From a virus (Duplodnaviria; Caudoviricetes): a DNA stretch of 64,000 nucleotides. How positions within the stretch are numbered: position 1 is the first letter of the stretch; every line of letters begins with the position of its first letter. The position numbers and the translations under genes were made by a program. The notes beneath the pieces are model-generated. The model ran no database searches. It saw only the letters and a list, made by a program, of their open reading frames with translations, and had not been told where the DNA came from. This document shows positions 35,798 through 44,482 of this stretch, one piece after another. Location of the stretch: positions 519 through 64,518 of the IMG/VR virus record IMGVR_UViG_3300044644_000283; one strand, given 5' to 3'.

Positions 35798-36769
35798 ATG
35801 GCTGAACCAGAAAAGACTGAATTTGAGTTCCCCGACGAAATCGAGGAGAAGCAGACTCGTCTAGGCAGTAAGGTTGTAGAACCTGAGCCAGAAGAGACGA
35901 AAGACGAACCTGAGATTGAGGTCGTTGACGACACACCGGATGAGGACAAGGGCCGCAAGCCCATGGATACCCCGCCGCAGGAGCCAACCGACGAGGAGTT
36001 GGCTTCATATTCTCAGCGTGATCGCAACAAAATTCGTGAATTTACCAAGGGTTATCACGAAGAACGCCGTGCAAAAGAGGCTGCGTTACGCGAGAAAGAA
36101 GAAGCTATTCGCATTGCTCAAGCAGTTTATGAAGAAAATCAGAAGCTCAAGAACAATGTGCATACCAGCCAAAGTGCCCTGCTAGAGCAGGCCAAAAAGG
36201 TTGTCTCGCAAGAGGTTAAAGAGGCCAAAGACCGCTACAAAGCAGCGTATGAGTCAGGTGACGCAGATGCTCTTGTGCAGGCTCAGGAGGACTTAACCAC
36301 TGCGAAGATGAAAGCGGAGCGTGTAAACAATTTTAAGCCTGCCCCTTTACAGGAGGAAAAAACTGTTGTACAACCCGCATATCAGCAAGCACCCCGTGTT
36401 GATACTAAAGCCGTTGAATGGCAACAAGCCAATAAATGGTTCGGTACTGACAAGGAAATGACCGGATTCGCGCTGGCGGTGCATGAGAAGCTGGTTAACG
36501 ACGAGGGTTTAGATCCTCAGAGTGATGAATACTACAGACGCATCAACGGACGAGTGCGTCAAGTGTTCCCAGATAAGTTTGAATCTGCGGAACCCGCTGA
36601 TACGTCGCAGCGTAGGAAATCAAACGTTGTCGCTTCTGCGACTAGGAGTGTGGCCCCTAAAAAGATCACATTGTCTGCCTCGGAAGTGGCTATTGCCAAG
36701 CGACTCGGCATTCCTTTGGAACGCTATGCTCGTGAGGTTGCGGTATTAAGAAGGAAAGAAAATGGCTGA
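35798..36769 (+). CDS. Scaffolding protein
   Basis: Acidic N-terminus, coiled coil, W..N.WFG, C-terminal AIAKRLGIPLERYA. Confidence 0.75.
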   Translation: MAEPEKTEFEFPDEIEEKQTRLGSKVVEPEPEETKDEPEIEVVDDTPDEDKGRKPMDTPPQEPTDEELASYSQRDRNKIREFTKGYHEERRAKEAALREKEEAIRIAQAVYEENQKLKNNVHTSQSALLEQAKKVVSQEVKEAKDRYKAAYESGDADALVQAQEDLTTAKMKAERVNNFKPAPLQEEKTVVQPAYQQAPRVDTKAVEWQQANKWFGTDKEMTGFALAVHEKLVNDEGLDPQSDEYYRRINGRVRQVFPDKFESAEPADTSQRRKSNVVASATRSVAPKKITLSASEVAIAKRLGIPLERYAREVAVLRRKENG

Positions 36770-37214
36770 ACAAATTCGTGAAAAAAGAGCTACAGAAACT
36801 CGTGCAACATTTGAGCGTCCTACGAAGTGGATGCCAGCAGCCTTGTTGCCCGATCCTGAACCCGAACCCGGTTGGGCATTCCGCTGGATTCGTTTAGCTA
36901 CTTTAAACAATGCTGATCCGTCAAATATTTCCTCGAAATTACGCGAGGGCTGGGAGCCTGTTAAATCAGCAGATCAACCCAAACTCCGTATGTTGAGCAA
37001 TCCTAACGGACGCTTTCCAGACGGAATTGAAATTGGTGGCCTGTTGCTTTGCAAAACACCCGTGGAGTTTACTGAACAGCGTGACGCGCACTATCGGAAC
37101 ATCTCCGATTCGCAGATGAATTCAGTGGACAACACCTACATGCGCGAGAGTGATCCTCGGATGCCTTTGTTCAAAGAACGAAGCTCTAAGGTAACAATCG
37201 GACGAAGTATTTAA
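36762..37214 (+). CDS. Conserved head-module protein
   Basis: FRWIR...REGWEPV...GGLLLCK. Confidence 0.7.
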   Translation: MAEQIREKRATETRATFERPTKWMPAALLPDPEPEPGWAFRWIRLATLNNADPSNISSKLREGWEPVKSADQPKLRMLSNPNGRFPDGIEIGGLLLCKTPVEFTEQRDAHYRNISDSQMNSVDNTYMRESDPRMPLFKERSSKVTIGRSI

Positions 37215-37232
37215 AACTTTTGGAGTCTAAAG

Positions 37233-37847
37233 ATGGCATACCCTACCATTGACAAGACGTATGGTTTCAAGCCAGTCAATCGACTGGATGGTCTACCCTA
37301 CGCCGGAGCGATCCGTCAAATCCCAATTGCGCCTTCTTACGCAACAGCAATCCTGAACGGTGATACCGTCAAGATTGACACTAACGGCTACATCGTGGCT
37401 GCTAGTACAACTACCTCTGGTAACGTTGTTGGTGTGTTGGTTGGTTGTTCTTACATCAACTCAATGAGCCAGCCTACTTATAGTCAGGCTTACCCTGCTG
37501 CTACTTCAACCTCAACCAACATGGCCATGGCCTTTGTTGTGGATGATCCTAGCGCAGTGTTCAAAGTTGTAGCTACTGTCGCTGGTTCCACCACTCCTAC
37601 GGCTTATACCCGTGCGTTGGTTGGTTCTAACGTGGCTTTGGTCGCAAACGTAGGTTCCACCACAACTGGTGATTCTTACTATGGTATCGACGGCTCTTCT
37701 GCCGCCACTACCAGCACACTTCCCGTGCGTGTTGTTGACGTTGTTCCTGATACTGCTACTGGCCCGGCCACTACAGCAGCTACAACATATTACGAGTTCC
37801 TCGTAAAATTCAACACTGCACAGTACAACAATACTGAAGGCATCTAA
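37233..37847 (+). CDS. Capsid-associated (cement/minor capsid) protein
   Basis: YGFKPV...GD.V...VVDDP; directly upstream of the major capsid gene. Confidence 0.65.
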   Translation: MAYPTIDKTYGFKPVNRLDGLPYAGAIRQIPIAPSYATAILNGDTVKIDTNGYIVAASTTTSGNVVGVLVGCSYINSMSQPTYSQAYPAATSTSTNMAMAFVVDDPSAVFKVVATVAGSTTPTAYTRALVGSNVALVANVGSTTTGDSYYGIDGSSAATTSTLPVRVVDVVPDTATGPATTAATTYYEFLVKFNTAQYNNTEGI

Positions 37848-37858
37848 GGAGCTAAATC

Positions 37859-38770
37859 ATGGCTATTTCACGCGCACAACTATTGAAAGAGTTGCTCCCC
37901 GGCCTGAACGCATTGTTTGGTATGGAGTACGCCCGTTACGGCGAAGAGCACAAAGAGATCTACGAAACTGAGACATCAGAGCGTAGCTTCGAAGAAGAGA
38001 CAAAGCTTTCTGGCTTCTCTGCTGCACCTGTCAAGAATGAAGGCTCTGCCATTCAGTATGACAATGCACAAGAAGCATGGACTGCACGTTACAACCACGA
38101 AACCATTGCGATGGGCTTCTCCGTTACCGAAGAAGCAGTGGAAGATAACTTGTATGACAGCTTGTCTTCACGCTACACCAAGGCTTTGGCCCGTGGTATG
38201 GCTTACACCAAGCAAGTTAAAGCCGCTTACGTGTTGAACAACGCCTTCACTGGCGGCCCAACATACGGCGACGGCGTGGTTCTGTGTTCTACAGCCCACC
38301 CACTCGTTTCTGGTGGCACTAACAGCAATCGTCCTACAACAGGCGCAGACTTGAATGAAACATCGTTGGAAAACGCTGTCATTCAGATCGCTGGTTGGAC
38401 AGACGAGCGTGGTCTTTTGATCGCTGCTAAACCCAAGAAGTTGATTGTCCCCCCACAACTCATGTTCGTGTCAACTCGTTTGCTCGAAACTGAATTGCGT
38501 GTTGGTACAACCGACAACGACATCAACGCCTTGAAGAACAACGGTTCGATCCCTGAAGGTTACACAGTTAACCACTTCTTGACAGATCCTAACGCTTGGT
38601 TCTTGACCACAGACGTACCTAACGGCTTGAAGCACTTCGTGCGTACACCGTTGAGCACATCTATGGATGGCGACTTCGACACAGGTAACGTTCGTTACAA
38701 AGCCCGTGAGCGTTACAGCTTCGGCGTGTCTGATCCTCTGGGTATCTTCGGTTCACCCGGTTCGTCCTAA
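37859..38770 (+). CDS. Major capsid protein
   Basis: MAISRAQLLKELLPGLNALFG...YKARERYSFG; strong codon bias; followed by a terminator. Confidence 0.9.
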   Translation: MAISRAQLLKELLPGLNALFGMEYARYGEEHKEIYETETSERSFEEETKLSGFSAAPVKNEGSAIQYDNAQEAWTARYNHETIAMGFSVTEEAVEDNLYDSLSSRYTKALARGMAYTKQVKAAYVLNNAFTGGPTYGDGVVLCSTAHPLVSGGTNSNRPTTGADLNETSLENAVIQIAGWTDERGLLIAAKPKKLIVPPQLMFVSTRLLETELRVGTTDNDINALKNNGSIPEGYTVNHFLTDPNAWFLTTDVPNGLKHFVRTPLSTSMDGDFDTGNVRYKARERYSFGVSDPLGIFGSPGSS

Positions 38771-38779
38771 ATTGACGAT

Positions 38780-38810
38780 AAAAAAAGAGGGAGCTTCGGC
38801 TCCCTTTTTT
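38780..38810 (+). terminator. Intrinsic terminator (UUCG loop)
   Basis: AGGGAGC-TTCG-GCTCCCT followed by a T-run. Confidence 0.9.
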
Positions 38811-38811
38811 G

Positions 38812-38840
38812 TTGCATTGGTTTAAACACAGTGGTATAAA
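38812..38840 (+). promoter_or_regulatory. Sigma70-like promoter with GTTTAAAC in its spacer
   Basis: TTGCAT-17 bp-TATAAA with extended TG. Confidence 0.5.
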
Positions 38841-38849
38841 CATACTAAT

Positions 38850-38922
38850 CCGGGCTTTCCGGTGTATCAAACTGTCCCGGCAGACGACATACCGATTGAT
38901 ACACTTCACTTGTATGTAAGGA
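38850..38922 (+). ncRNA. Candidate pseudoknotted cis-regulatory leader RNA
   Basis: GTGTATCAA/TTGATACAC stem; CCGGG/CCCGG and ACATAC/GTATGT pairings, the latter abutting the SD. Confidence 0.5.
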
Positions 38923-38928
38923 TCCATC

Positions 38929-39402
38929 ATGGGAATCGCTACTCACCTCGGCCCTTGGCTGCTCGGCACATCACGTTACACCACCGGCACAACTGCTGCC
39001 ACCACACGTAACACTGGCGCAACTATCGTCTCTCAAGACAAAGCTGTTGCTTACAACGATGCTGACGCTGCTACAGCTTTCTGCTTGCCAGCAGGTTCAC
39101 GTATTGTTAGCTTGCAGTTCATCACAATTGATGCTTTTGATGCAGCTACAACAATCACCTTGTCATTGGACGGCACTGCCATCACTGGCGCTACCACTGT
39201 GACTGACGCAGGTTTGGTTACCTTCGCTCCCGTTGCTTCTGACGCAGTAGCCACTTTGTGGTCTAACACTGGTACTACCGACAAGTTGGTCACCTACACT
39301 GTGTCTCAAGGCGCTTCTACAAACGGCGCTGGTGTATTGGTTGCTAACTATGTGGTGCGTAACTCTGACGGCACAATGTACCAAGCTGCTGCTCAAGTCT
39401 AA
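38929..39402 (+). CDS. Virion structural (capsid decoration-like) protein
   Basis: T/A-rich, LPAGSRI motif, highly expressed codon pattern. Confidence 0.6.
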   Translation: MGIATHLGPWLLGTSRYTTGTTAATTRNTGATIVSQDKAVAYNDADAATAFCLPAGSRIVSLQFITIDAFDAATTITLSLDGTAITGATTVTDAGLVTFAPVASDAVATLWSNTGTTDKLVTYTVSQGASTNGAGVLVANYVVRNSDGTMYQAAAQV

Positions 39403-39410
39403 TTAGTCTA

Positions 39411-39431
39411 GGGGGCTTCGGCCCCCATTTT
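39411..39431 (+). terminator. Intrinsic terminator (UUCG loop)
   Basis: GGGGGC-TTCG-GCCCCC-ATTTT. Confidence 0.75.
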
Positions 39432-39445
39432 CAAGGAGATTAGTT

Positions 39446-39730
39446 ATGATGCAAACCGACGTAAAAGCCGCGCACATTGATGCAAGCGGTATTATTTTTG
39501 CTGGCCCAACACGCGTTAAAGGTTATTCAATATCGCCGGGAGGTACGGCTGGTGAAGTTGAGTTTTATGACAATGCTAGTGCAGCCAGTGGAACTATTCG
39601 TTTAACATTGAATATATCCACCAACCAAGCTCTTGACTCTTTGGCTATACCCGGAGAAGGCATAAAGTTTAATAATGGCGTGTATGTTTCAATGCCAGCT
39701 AATGCTCATTTGACTGTGTACTATGGCTGA
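39446..39730 (+). CDS. Small virion protein
   Basis: MQTDVKA...IPGEGIKF..G.Y....TVYYG. Confidence 0.65.
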   Translation: MMQTDVKAAHIDASGIIFAGPTRVKGYSISPGGTAGEVEFYDNASAASGTIRLTLNISTNQALDSLAIPGEGIKFNNGVYVSMPANAHLTVYYG

Positions 39731-40463
39731 AACAAGACAGGCAACCCTGACAGGGCGCAAGCTGTTTGTAGGCATTCCCGCCTACGACGGCAAGCTAAAC
39801 ATCAAGACCGCATTTGCTCTGGCGCAGTTAATGCCCAAGGCAATGCAGCTTGGTGTGTCAGTCACGTTGTCTGATCTTTCCAACTGCTCCATCATTACGA
39901 TGGCACGAAATGCGTTGGTACACGAATTCTTAAAGACAGATTGCACAGAGCTTCTGTTTATTGATGCAGATGTCGTGGTTAGTCCAGATGACATCCTGCG
40001 CTTAATGGCCCAAAGCGGCGACAAAGACATTACTGCCGGTGCGTATCCACGTAGAGCTAAAGACGCTAAGTTCTTTGCTGACGTTTATTACGATGACCAC
40101 GGTGATCTAGAGTTTGAAGGCTCTTTGATGCGTTTAAAGCGTGCACCGACCGGCTTTATGCTGATCCAGCGCCACGTCATTGAGCAACTGGTGGCAACAC
40201 ACCCAGAATGGACTTACGAGAAGTCCCCAACAGAGAAGATGTCAGCAGTGTTTGACTTTGCCATTGTGGACGGCAAGTATGTTGGTGAAGATTACTTGTT
40301 CTGCGACCGTGCAACGCAGATGGGATTCAAGGTCTACATTGACGTAGACATCAGCTTGCCTCACGTAGGCCAAGAAACATTTGAGCGTAACTTCCGTGAA
40401 GAAGTTGTCATGCCTATGTTGGAAAACATTTATCAATCCAAACTGAAAGTCGTAAATGGCTAA
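39723..40463 (+). CDS. GT-A fold glycosyltransferase-like protein
   Basis: GIPAY, ARNAL, LLFIDAD, TGFMLI, GEDYLFC. Confidence 0.8.
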   Translation: MAETRQATLTGRKLFVGIPAYDGKLNIKTAFALAQLMPKAMQLGVSVTLSDLSNCSIITMARNALVHEFLKTDCTELLFIDADVVVSPDDILRLMAQSGDKDITAGAYPRRAKDAKFFADVYYDDHGDLEFEGSLMRLKRAPTGFMLIQRHVIEQLVATHPEWTYEKSPTEKMSAVFDFAIVDGKYVGEDYLFCDRATQMGFKVYIDVDISLPHVGQETFERNFREEVVMPMLENIYQSKLKVVNG

Positions 40464-40701
40464 AAGTGCAGCATGGACGAGAAAAGAAGGCAAGAATCCG
40501 AAGGGTGGTTTAAACGCCAAGGGTCGGGCATCCGCGAAAGCGCAAGGCATGAATTTGAAACCGCCCCAGCCAGAAGGCGGCTCCCGGCGCGACTCTTTCT
40601 GTGCGAGGATGGGCGGCATGAAGAAGAAGCTCACCAGCGCAAAGACCGCCAACGACCCAAACTCACGCATCAATAAAGCTCTGAGAGCTTGGAACTGCTA
40701 A
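40456..40701 (+). CDS. Small basic protein (DUF6321-like)
   Basis: RRDSFCARM...DPNSRINKALRAWNC. Confidence 0.7.
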   Translation: MAKSAAWTRKEGKNPKGGLNAKGRASAKAQGMNLKPPQPEGGSRRDSFCARMGGMKKKLTSAKTANDPNSRINKALRAWNC

Positions 40702-40944
40702 ATGTTGGAACTAAGCACAGTATGGTCAACAATCCTCACAATACTCATAGGACTGATTGGCTACATGATGAACGAGAAGTTCCGGGAACTGGCTCGTATC
40801 AGCATTTTGCTCAACAAAACCCGTGAGGAGGTAGCACGTGATAACGTTACTCAAGCAGAAGTTGAGCGAATTACAGACCACATTGACCAACGCTTCAATC
40901 GCCTTGAAGAAAAGATTGACCAGCTTATTCGTCAAAAGGGATAA
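40702..40944 (+). CDS. Small membrane-anchored coiled-coil protein
   Basis: N-terminal hydrophobic helix; RFNRLEEKID. Confidence 0.65.
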   Translation: MLELSTVWSTILTILIGLIGYMMNEKFRELARISILLNKTREEVARDNVTQAEVERITDHIDQRFNRLEEKIDQLIRQKG

Positions 40945-41291
40945 TGATGCCAAGTAGTTCAAAAAAACAGGCTGATTTCATGCGTGCGGTGGCTCACAGC
41001 CCATCATTCGCTAAGAAGGCAGGAGTCCCACAGTCCGTGGGCAAAGACTTTTCAGCGGCTGATAAAGGCCGTAAATTTTCTAAAGGTGGCGCTATGAAAC
41101 ACGAAGACGTGAAGATGGATAAGAAGATGATGCAGAAGGCCGTGAACAAACACGAAAGCCGTTTACACAAGGGTAAGCCCATGACTAAATTGGCAAAGGG
41201 TGGTTACACCCGTGCCGCAGATGGCTGTGCGACTAAGGGTAAAACCAAGGGCACAATGATTACCATGAACAAAGGCGGCATGGCCTGCTAA
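40944..41291 (+). CDS. Small Lys-rich protein with ADGxAxKGKT tag
   Basis: FSKGG, LAKGGYTRAADGCATKGKTKG. Confidence 0.65.
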   Translation: MMPSSSKKQADFMRAVAHSPSFAKKAGVPQSVGKDFSAADKGRKFSKGGAMKHEDVKMDKKMMQKAVNKHESRLHKGKPMTKLAKGGYTRAADGCATKGKTKGTMITMNKGGMAC

Positions 41292-41301
41292 GGAGCTAAA
41301 G

Positions 41302-42174
41302 ATGGCAACCAAAAAACCTATGAAGTTTAAACGCTACGATATTGGCGGAGAAGTTGATGAGTCAACAGCCAAGCAGCGTGGTTTGGACATCTCCAACAAG
41401 GAGGAGCCTGTAGGCTTCTTTGAGCGTATCCGCATGGGCAACATTGATGAACCCGGTTCTGAGGCGTACAACCGCTTTGGTGCTGGCCGTGGTCGTGCTT
41501 CTGCTCCCGCTCCTGCTGCTCCTGCCGCCCCTGCTGCACCTGCTGCATCTTCACGTCCTTTGTCTGATGACATGTATTCAGATACAGGCTCTAGCACTGG
41601 TATGGGCGCTGCTGGCACAAGCGAAACAGTTAAGCCTACACGTCAGGTAATGACCAAGCCTACACTGCCTGCATCTAAGCCTACAGCTTCTGCTGCGCCA
41701 GCACCACGCTTGCGCGACACTGGCCCTGCACGTGGCGACTTGATTAACAAGCCTTCACTGAACACCAACTACAGCAACGAAGGTCGTGGCAAGCCAGCGC
41801 CAGCCGCTCCTGCAAAACCAAGCATGAACGTGCCAGAGATGCGCGATAACGCTAAGAAAGCGTTGGCTGATGATCCAACAGCGTTGTTGGGCACTGGCGC
41901 TGGAGCCGCTGCTGCTGCTATGTTGGCGCGTAGCAAACTGGGCAAGATGTTTAAAGGCGCTAAGAAGGCTGGCGAAAAAGCTTCTCCATACCTTAAAGAA
42001 TTGCCAATGGAAAAGAAAAAGTTGGGTCGCGCAGCTTCTGATGTTACCGATGTGGTGGCTAAGAAGCGTGGCGGTGCAGTTAAAAAATATGCCTCAGGTG
42101 GAATGGTTTCATCTGCGTCTAAACGTGCTGACGGTATTGCCTCTAAAGGCAAGACTCGTTGCAAGATCTGCTAA
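41302..42174 (+). CDS. Disordered Ala/Pro/Lys-rich protein with ADGxAxKGKT tag
   Basis: YDIGG; YASGG..RADGIASKGKTRCKIC. Confidence 0.65.
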   Translation: MATKKPMKFKRYDIGGEVDESTAKQRGLDISNKEEPVGFFERIRMGNIDEPGSEAYNRFGAGRGRASAPAPAAPAAPAAPAASSRPLSDDMYSDTGSSTGMGAAGTSETVKPTRQVMTKPTLPASKPTASAAPAPRLRDTGPARGDLINKPSLNTNYSNEGRGKPAPAAPAKPSMNVPEMRDNAKKALADDPTALLGTGAGAAAAAMLARSKLGKMFKGAKKAGEKASPYLKELPMEKKKLGRAASDVTDVVAKKRGGAVKKYASGGMVSSASKRADGIASKGKTRCKIC

Positions 42175-42183
42175 GGAAGCACC

Positions 42184-42459
42184 ATGAAAAAATATTCTGA
42201 AGGCGGCATTTACACGGCAGAAATGGGACAGCCTCCCACGGATCCAGAGGGCGTGCCTTCTGCCAAGAAGCCTGTCCCTAAGGCTCCTGCACCCAAAACT
42301 CCTCCACCTAAAGACTCAGTCTTCCGTGAAGGCATGCCTGTGCCTCAAGATATTGATGGCAAGTCTGCGGCTCGTAAGAAGAAAATGGCTTCTGGCGGTT
42401 ATGTGCGTGCTGCTGACGGGATTGCCCAACGTGGCAAGACCCGTGGAAAGATGTGCTAA
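42184..42459 (+). CDS. Small protein with ADGxAx(K/R)GKT tag
   Basis: YSEGG; MASGGYVRAADGIAQRGKTRGKMC. Confidence 0.65.
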   Translation: MKKYSEGGIYTAEMGQPPTDPEGVPSAKKPVPKAPAPKTPPPKDSVFREGMPVPQDIDGKSAARKKKMASGGYVRAADGIAQRGKTRGKMC

Positions 42460-42462
42460 ATC

Positions 42463-42711
42463 ATGATGGCAAGTCGCGGAATGGGAGCCATGCTCCCAAG
42501 CAAAATGCCCAAAGGTGTACGCAAGGCACGTAGGGATGACACTGACTTCACGCAGTACGCAGAAGGTGGTGCTGTTGGCCTTTATGCCAACATCAATGCC
42601 AAGCGTAAGCGTATAGCCGCTGGCTCCAAAGAAAAGATGCGTAAGCCCGGTCAGAAGGGCGCTCCTTCTGCTCAGGATTTTATTGACTCTGCTAAGACGG
42701 CTAAAAAATGA
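42463..42711 (+). CDS. Small basic protein
   Basis: SRGMGA; YAEGG; GLYANINAKRKR...KGAP. Confidence 0.65.
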   Translation: MMASRGMGAMLPSKMPKGVRKARRDDTDFTQYAEGGAVGLYANINAKRKRIAAGSKEKMRKPGQKGAPSAQDFIDSAKTAKK

Positions 42712-43637
42712 CAACTACCGGCTCCACCCTCTTTAATCTTGACTTCACGGAAATTGCCGAAGAAGCATGGGAGCGTGCGGGTCGGGAGATGCGTTCAGGC
42801 TACGACTTGCGTACAGCACGCCGTTCAATGAACTTGATGACCATTGAATGGCAGAACCGTGGCATCAACATGTGGACTATGGAGCAAGGCTTCATTAACC
42901 TGACTCCGGGCCTAGCCACGTATGCCTTGCCTACAGACACCATTGATCTGCTTGAGCAGTTGATCCGTACAGGCGCTAATACAGCGTCTACACAAGCTGA
43001 CTTAACAATCACACGTATTAGTGTTTCTACCTATGCCACGATTCCAAATAAGCTTCAACAAGCTCGTCCAATTCAAGTCTGGGTGCAGCGCCTCTCTGGC
43101 GAAGTTAATCCTACGAATGCGGTCTTGGACGGAGCCATCACTTCCACGGACACCACGATCACGCTTAACTCGGTGGTTGGATTAGCCGGTTCAGGTTTCT
43201 TGCGTTTAAACAGCGAAGACATCTATTACACCTACATCAGCGGCAACACCCTTGGTGGTGTATTCCGTGGACAGAATAACTCTACAGCAGCAGCCCACAC
43301 AGACGGCACTGCTGTGTTTGTGCCTCAGCTTCCTGCGGTTACTGTTTGGCCTACGCCAGACAACAGCACTCCTTACCAGTTTGTTTATTGGAGACTGCGT
43401 CGCGTTCAGGACGCTGGCGCTGGTGTTGAGACGGCTGACATGAATTTCCGCTTCTTGCCATGCTTGGTAGCAGGTCTGGCCTACTACATTGCCATGAAGG
43501 TTCCTGAGCTTCAAGGCCGTCTTGATATGCTTAAAGCGGCGTACAACGAGCAGTTTGATCTGGCGGCAGGTGAAGATCGTGAGAAAGCTGCGGTTCGCTT
43601 TGTGCCTCGTCAGATGTTTATTGGTGGGAGCATGTAA
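42708..43637 (+). CDS. Head-tail adaptor / tail tubular protein-like
   Basis: IAEEAWERAG..ARRSMNL..W.NRGIN.WT; WPTPD; CLVAGLAYY. Confidence 0.7.
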   Translation: MTTTGSTLFNLDFTEIAEEAWERAGREMRSGYDLRTARRSMNLMTIEWQNRGINMWTMEQGFINLTPGLATYALPTDTIDLLEQLIRTGANTASTQADLTITRISVSTYATIPNKLQQARPIQVWVQRLSGEVNPTNAVLDGAITSTDTTITLNSVVGLAGSGFLRLNSEDIYYTYISGNTLGGVFRGQNNSTAAAHTDGTAVFVPQLPAVTVWPTPDNSTPYQFVYWRLRRVQDAGAGVETADMNFRFLPCLVAGLAYYIAMKVPELQGRLDMLKAAYNEQFDLAAGEDREKAAVRFVPRQMFIGGSM

Positions 43638-44029
43638 TGGGTAATCGATTTGCATCCGGCAAGATAGCGATTGCTGAATGTGATCGCTGCGGTCAACAAT
43701 ATAAATTGAAACAGCTTAAGACCGAAATCATTAAGCAGCGTCAATTCCAGTTGTTGGTATGCCCAGAGTGCTGGGATCCAGACCAACCACAGTTAATGTT
43801 GGGCACATTCCCAGTAGACGATCCTCAAGCTTTGCGTAACCCACGCAGAGATACGACGTATGTGACCTCCGGTGTAAACGTTAATGGTTTTACATCAGGC
43901 GGCTCACGAGATATTCAGTGGGGCTGGAACCCGGTTGGCGGGGCCAGACTTTTTGATACGGTTTTAACGCCAAACTACTTGGTTTTAGCCGCACAAGTTG
44001 GTACAGTAACGATACAAATAGGAGCTTAA
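43637..44029 (+). CDS. Zn-finger virion-module protein
   Basis: CDRCG...VCPECWDPDQPQL. Confidence 0.7.
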   Translation: MGNRFASGKIAIAECDRCGQQYKLKQLKTEIIKQRQFQLLVCPECWDPDQPQLMLGTFPVDDPQALRNPRRDTTYVTSGVNVNGFTSGGSRDIQWGWNPVGGARLFDTVLTPNYLVLAAQVGTVTIQIGA

Positions 44030-44030
44030 A

Positions 44031-44216
44031 ATGGCATACACACGATCAGCCGACGGCATCGCTAAAAAAGGCAAAACCGAAGGTAAGAACTTGGGCGACA
44101 GCGGCCCCACAGCCGGTCAAATGAAGGGCGGCAAGAAGACTAAAGGTGTTACTGGCCAAGCCATGCGTGCCGTTGGCCGCAACATGGCTCGTGCAATGAA
44201 TCAAAAGCGAGGCTAA
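44031..44216 (+). CDS. Small basic protein with N-terminal ADGIAKKGKT tag
   Basis: MAYTRSADGIAKKGKTEG. Confidence 0.65.
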   Translation: MAYTRSADGIAKKGKTEGKNLGDSGPTAGQMKGGKKTKGVTGQAMRAVGRNMARAMNQKRG

Positions 44217-44218
44217 TC

Positions 44219-44482
44219 ATGGCTACATTCAGCAAGAAGATGATGGGCAAAGAAGTTGGCGATGCCAAGGTTTATGCCAAGCCACACACTATGTCTGGCA
44301 AAGAGGTGAAAGCTTCTTCTAATCCCGGCAGTGGCCCAGATCACAGCCGCGCCAGCACAGTCAATATGTCTGTTGGCAACATTACCCGCAACGAGCAACC
44401 CGGTGCTAAGACATCTGGTATCAAGGTGCGTGGTACAGGTGCAGCTACTAAAGGCTTGATGGCACGAGGCCCAATGGCATGA
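44219..44482 (+). CDS. Small basic protein
   Basis: C-terminal RGTGAATKG. Confidence 0.65.
   Translation: MATFSKKMMGKEVGDAKVYAKPHTMSGKEVKASSNPGSGPDHSRASTVNMSVGNITRNEQPGAKTSGIKVRGTGAATKGLMARGPMA

Noticed and set aside
38542-38553. GGTTCGATCCC, a tRNA T-loop look-alike
   Set aside because: Inside the major capsid ORF, with no cloverleaf around it
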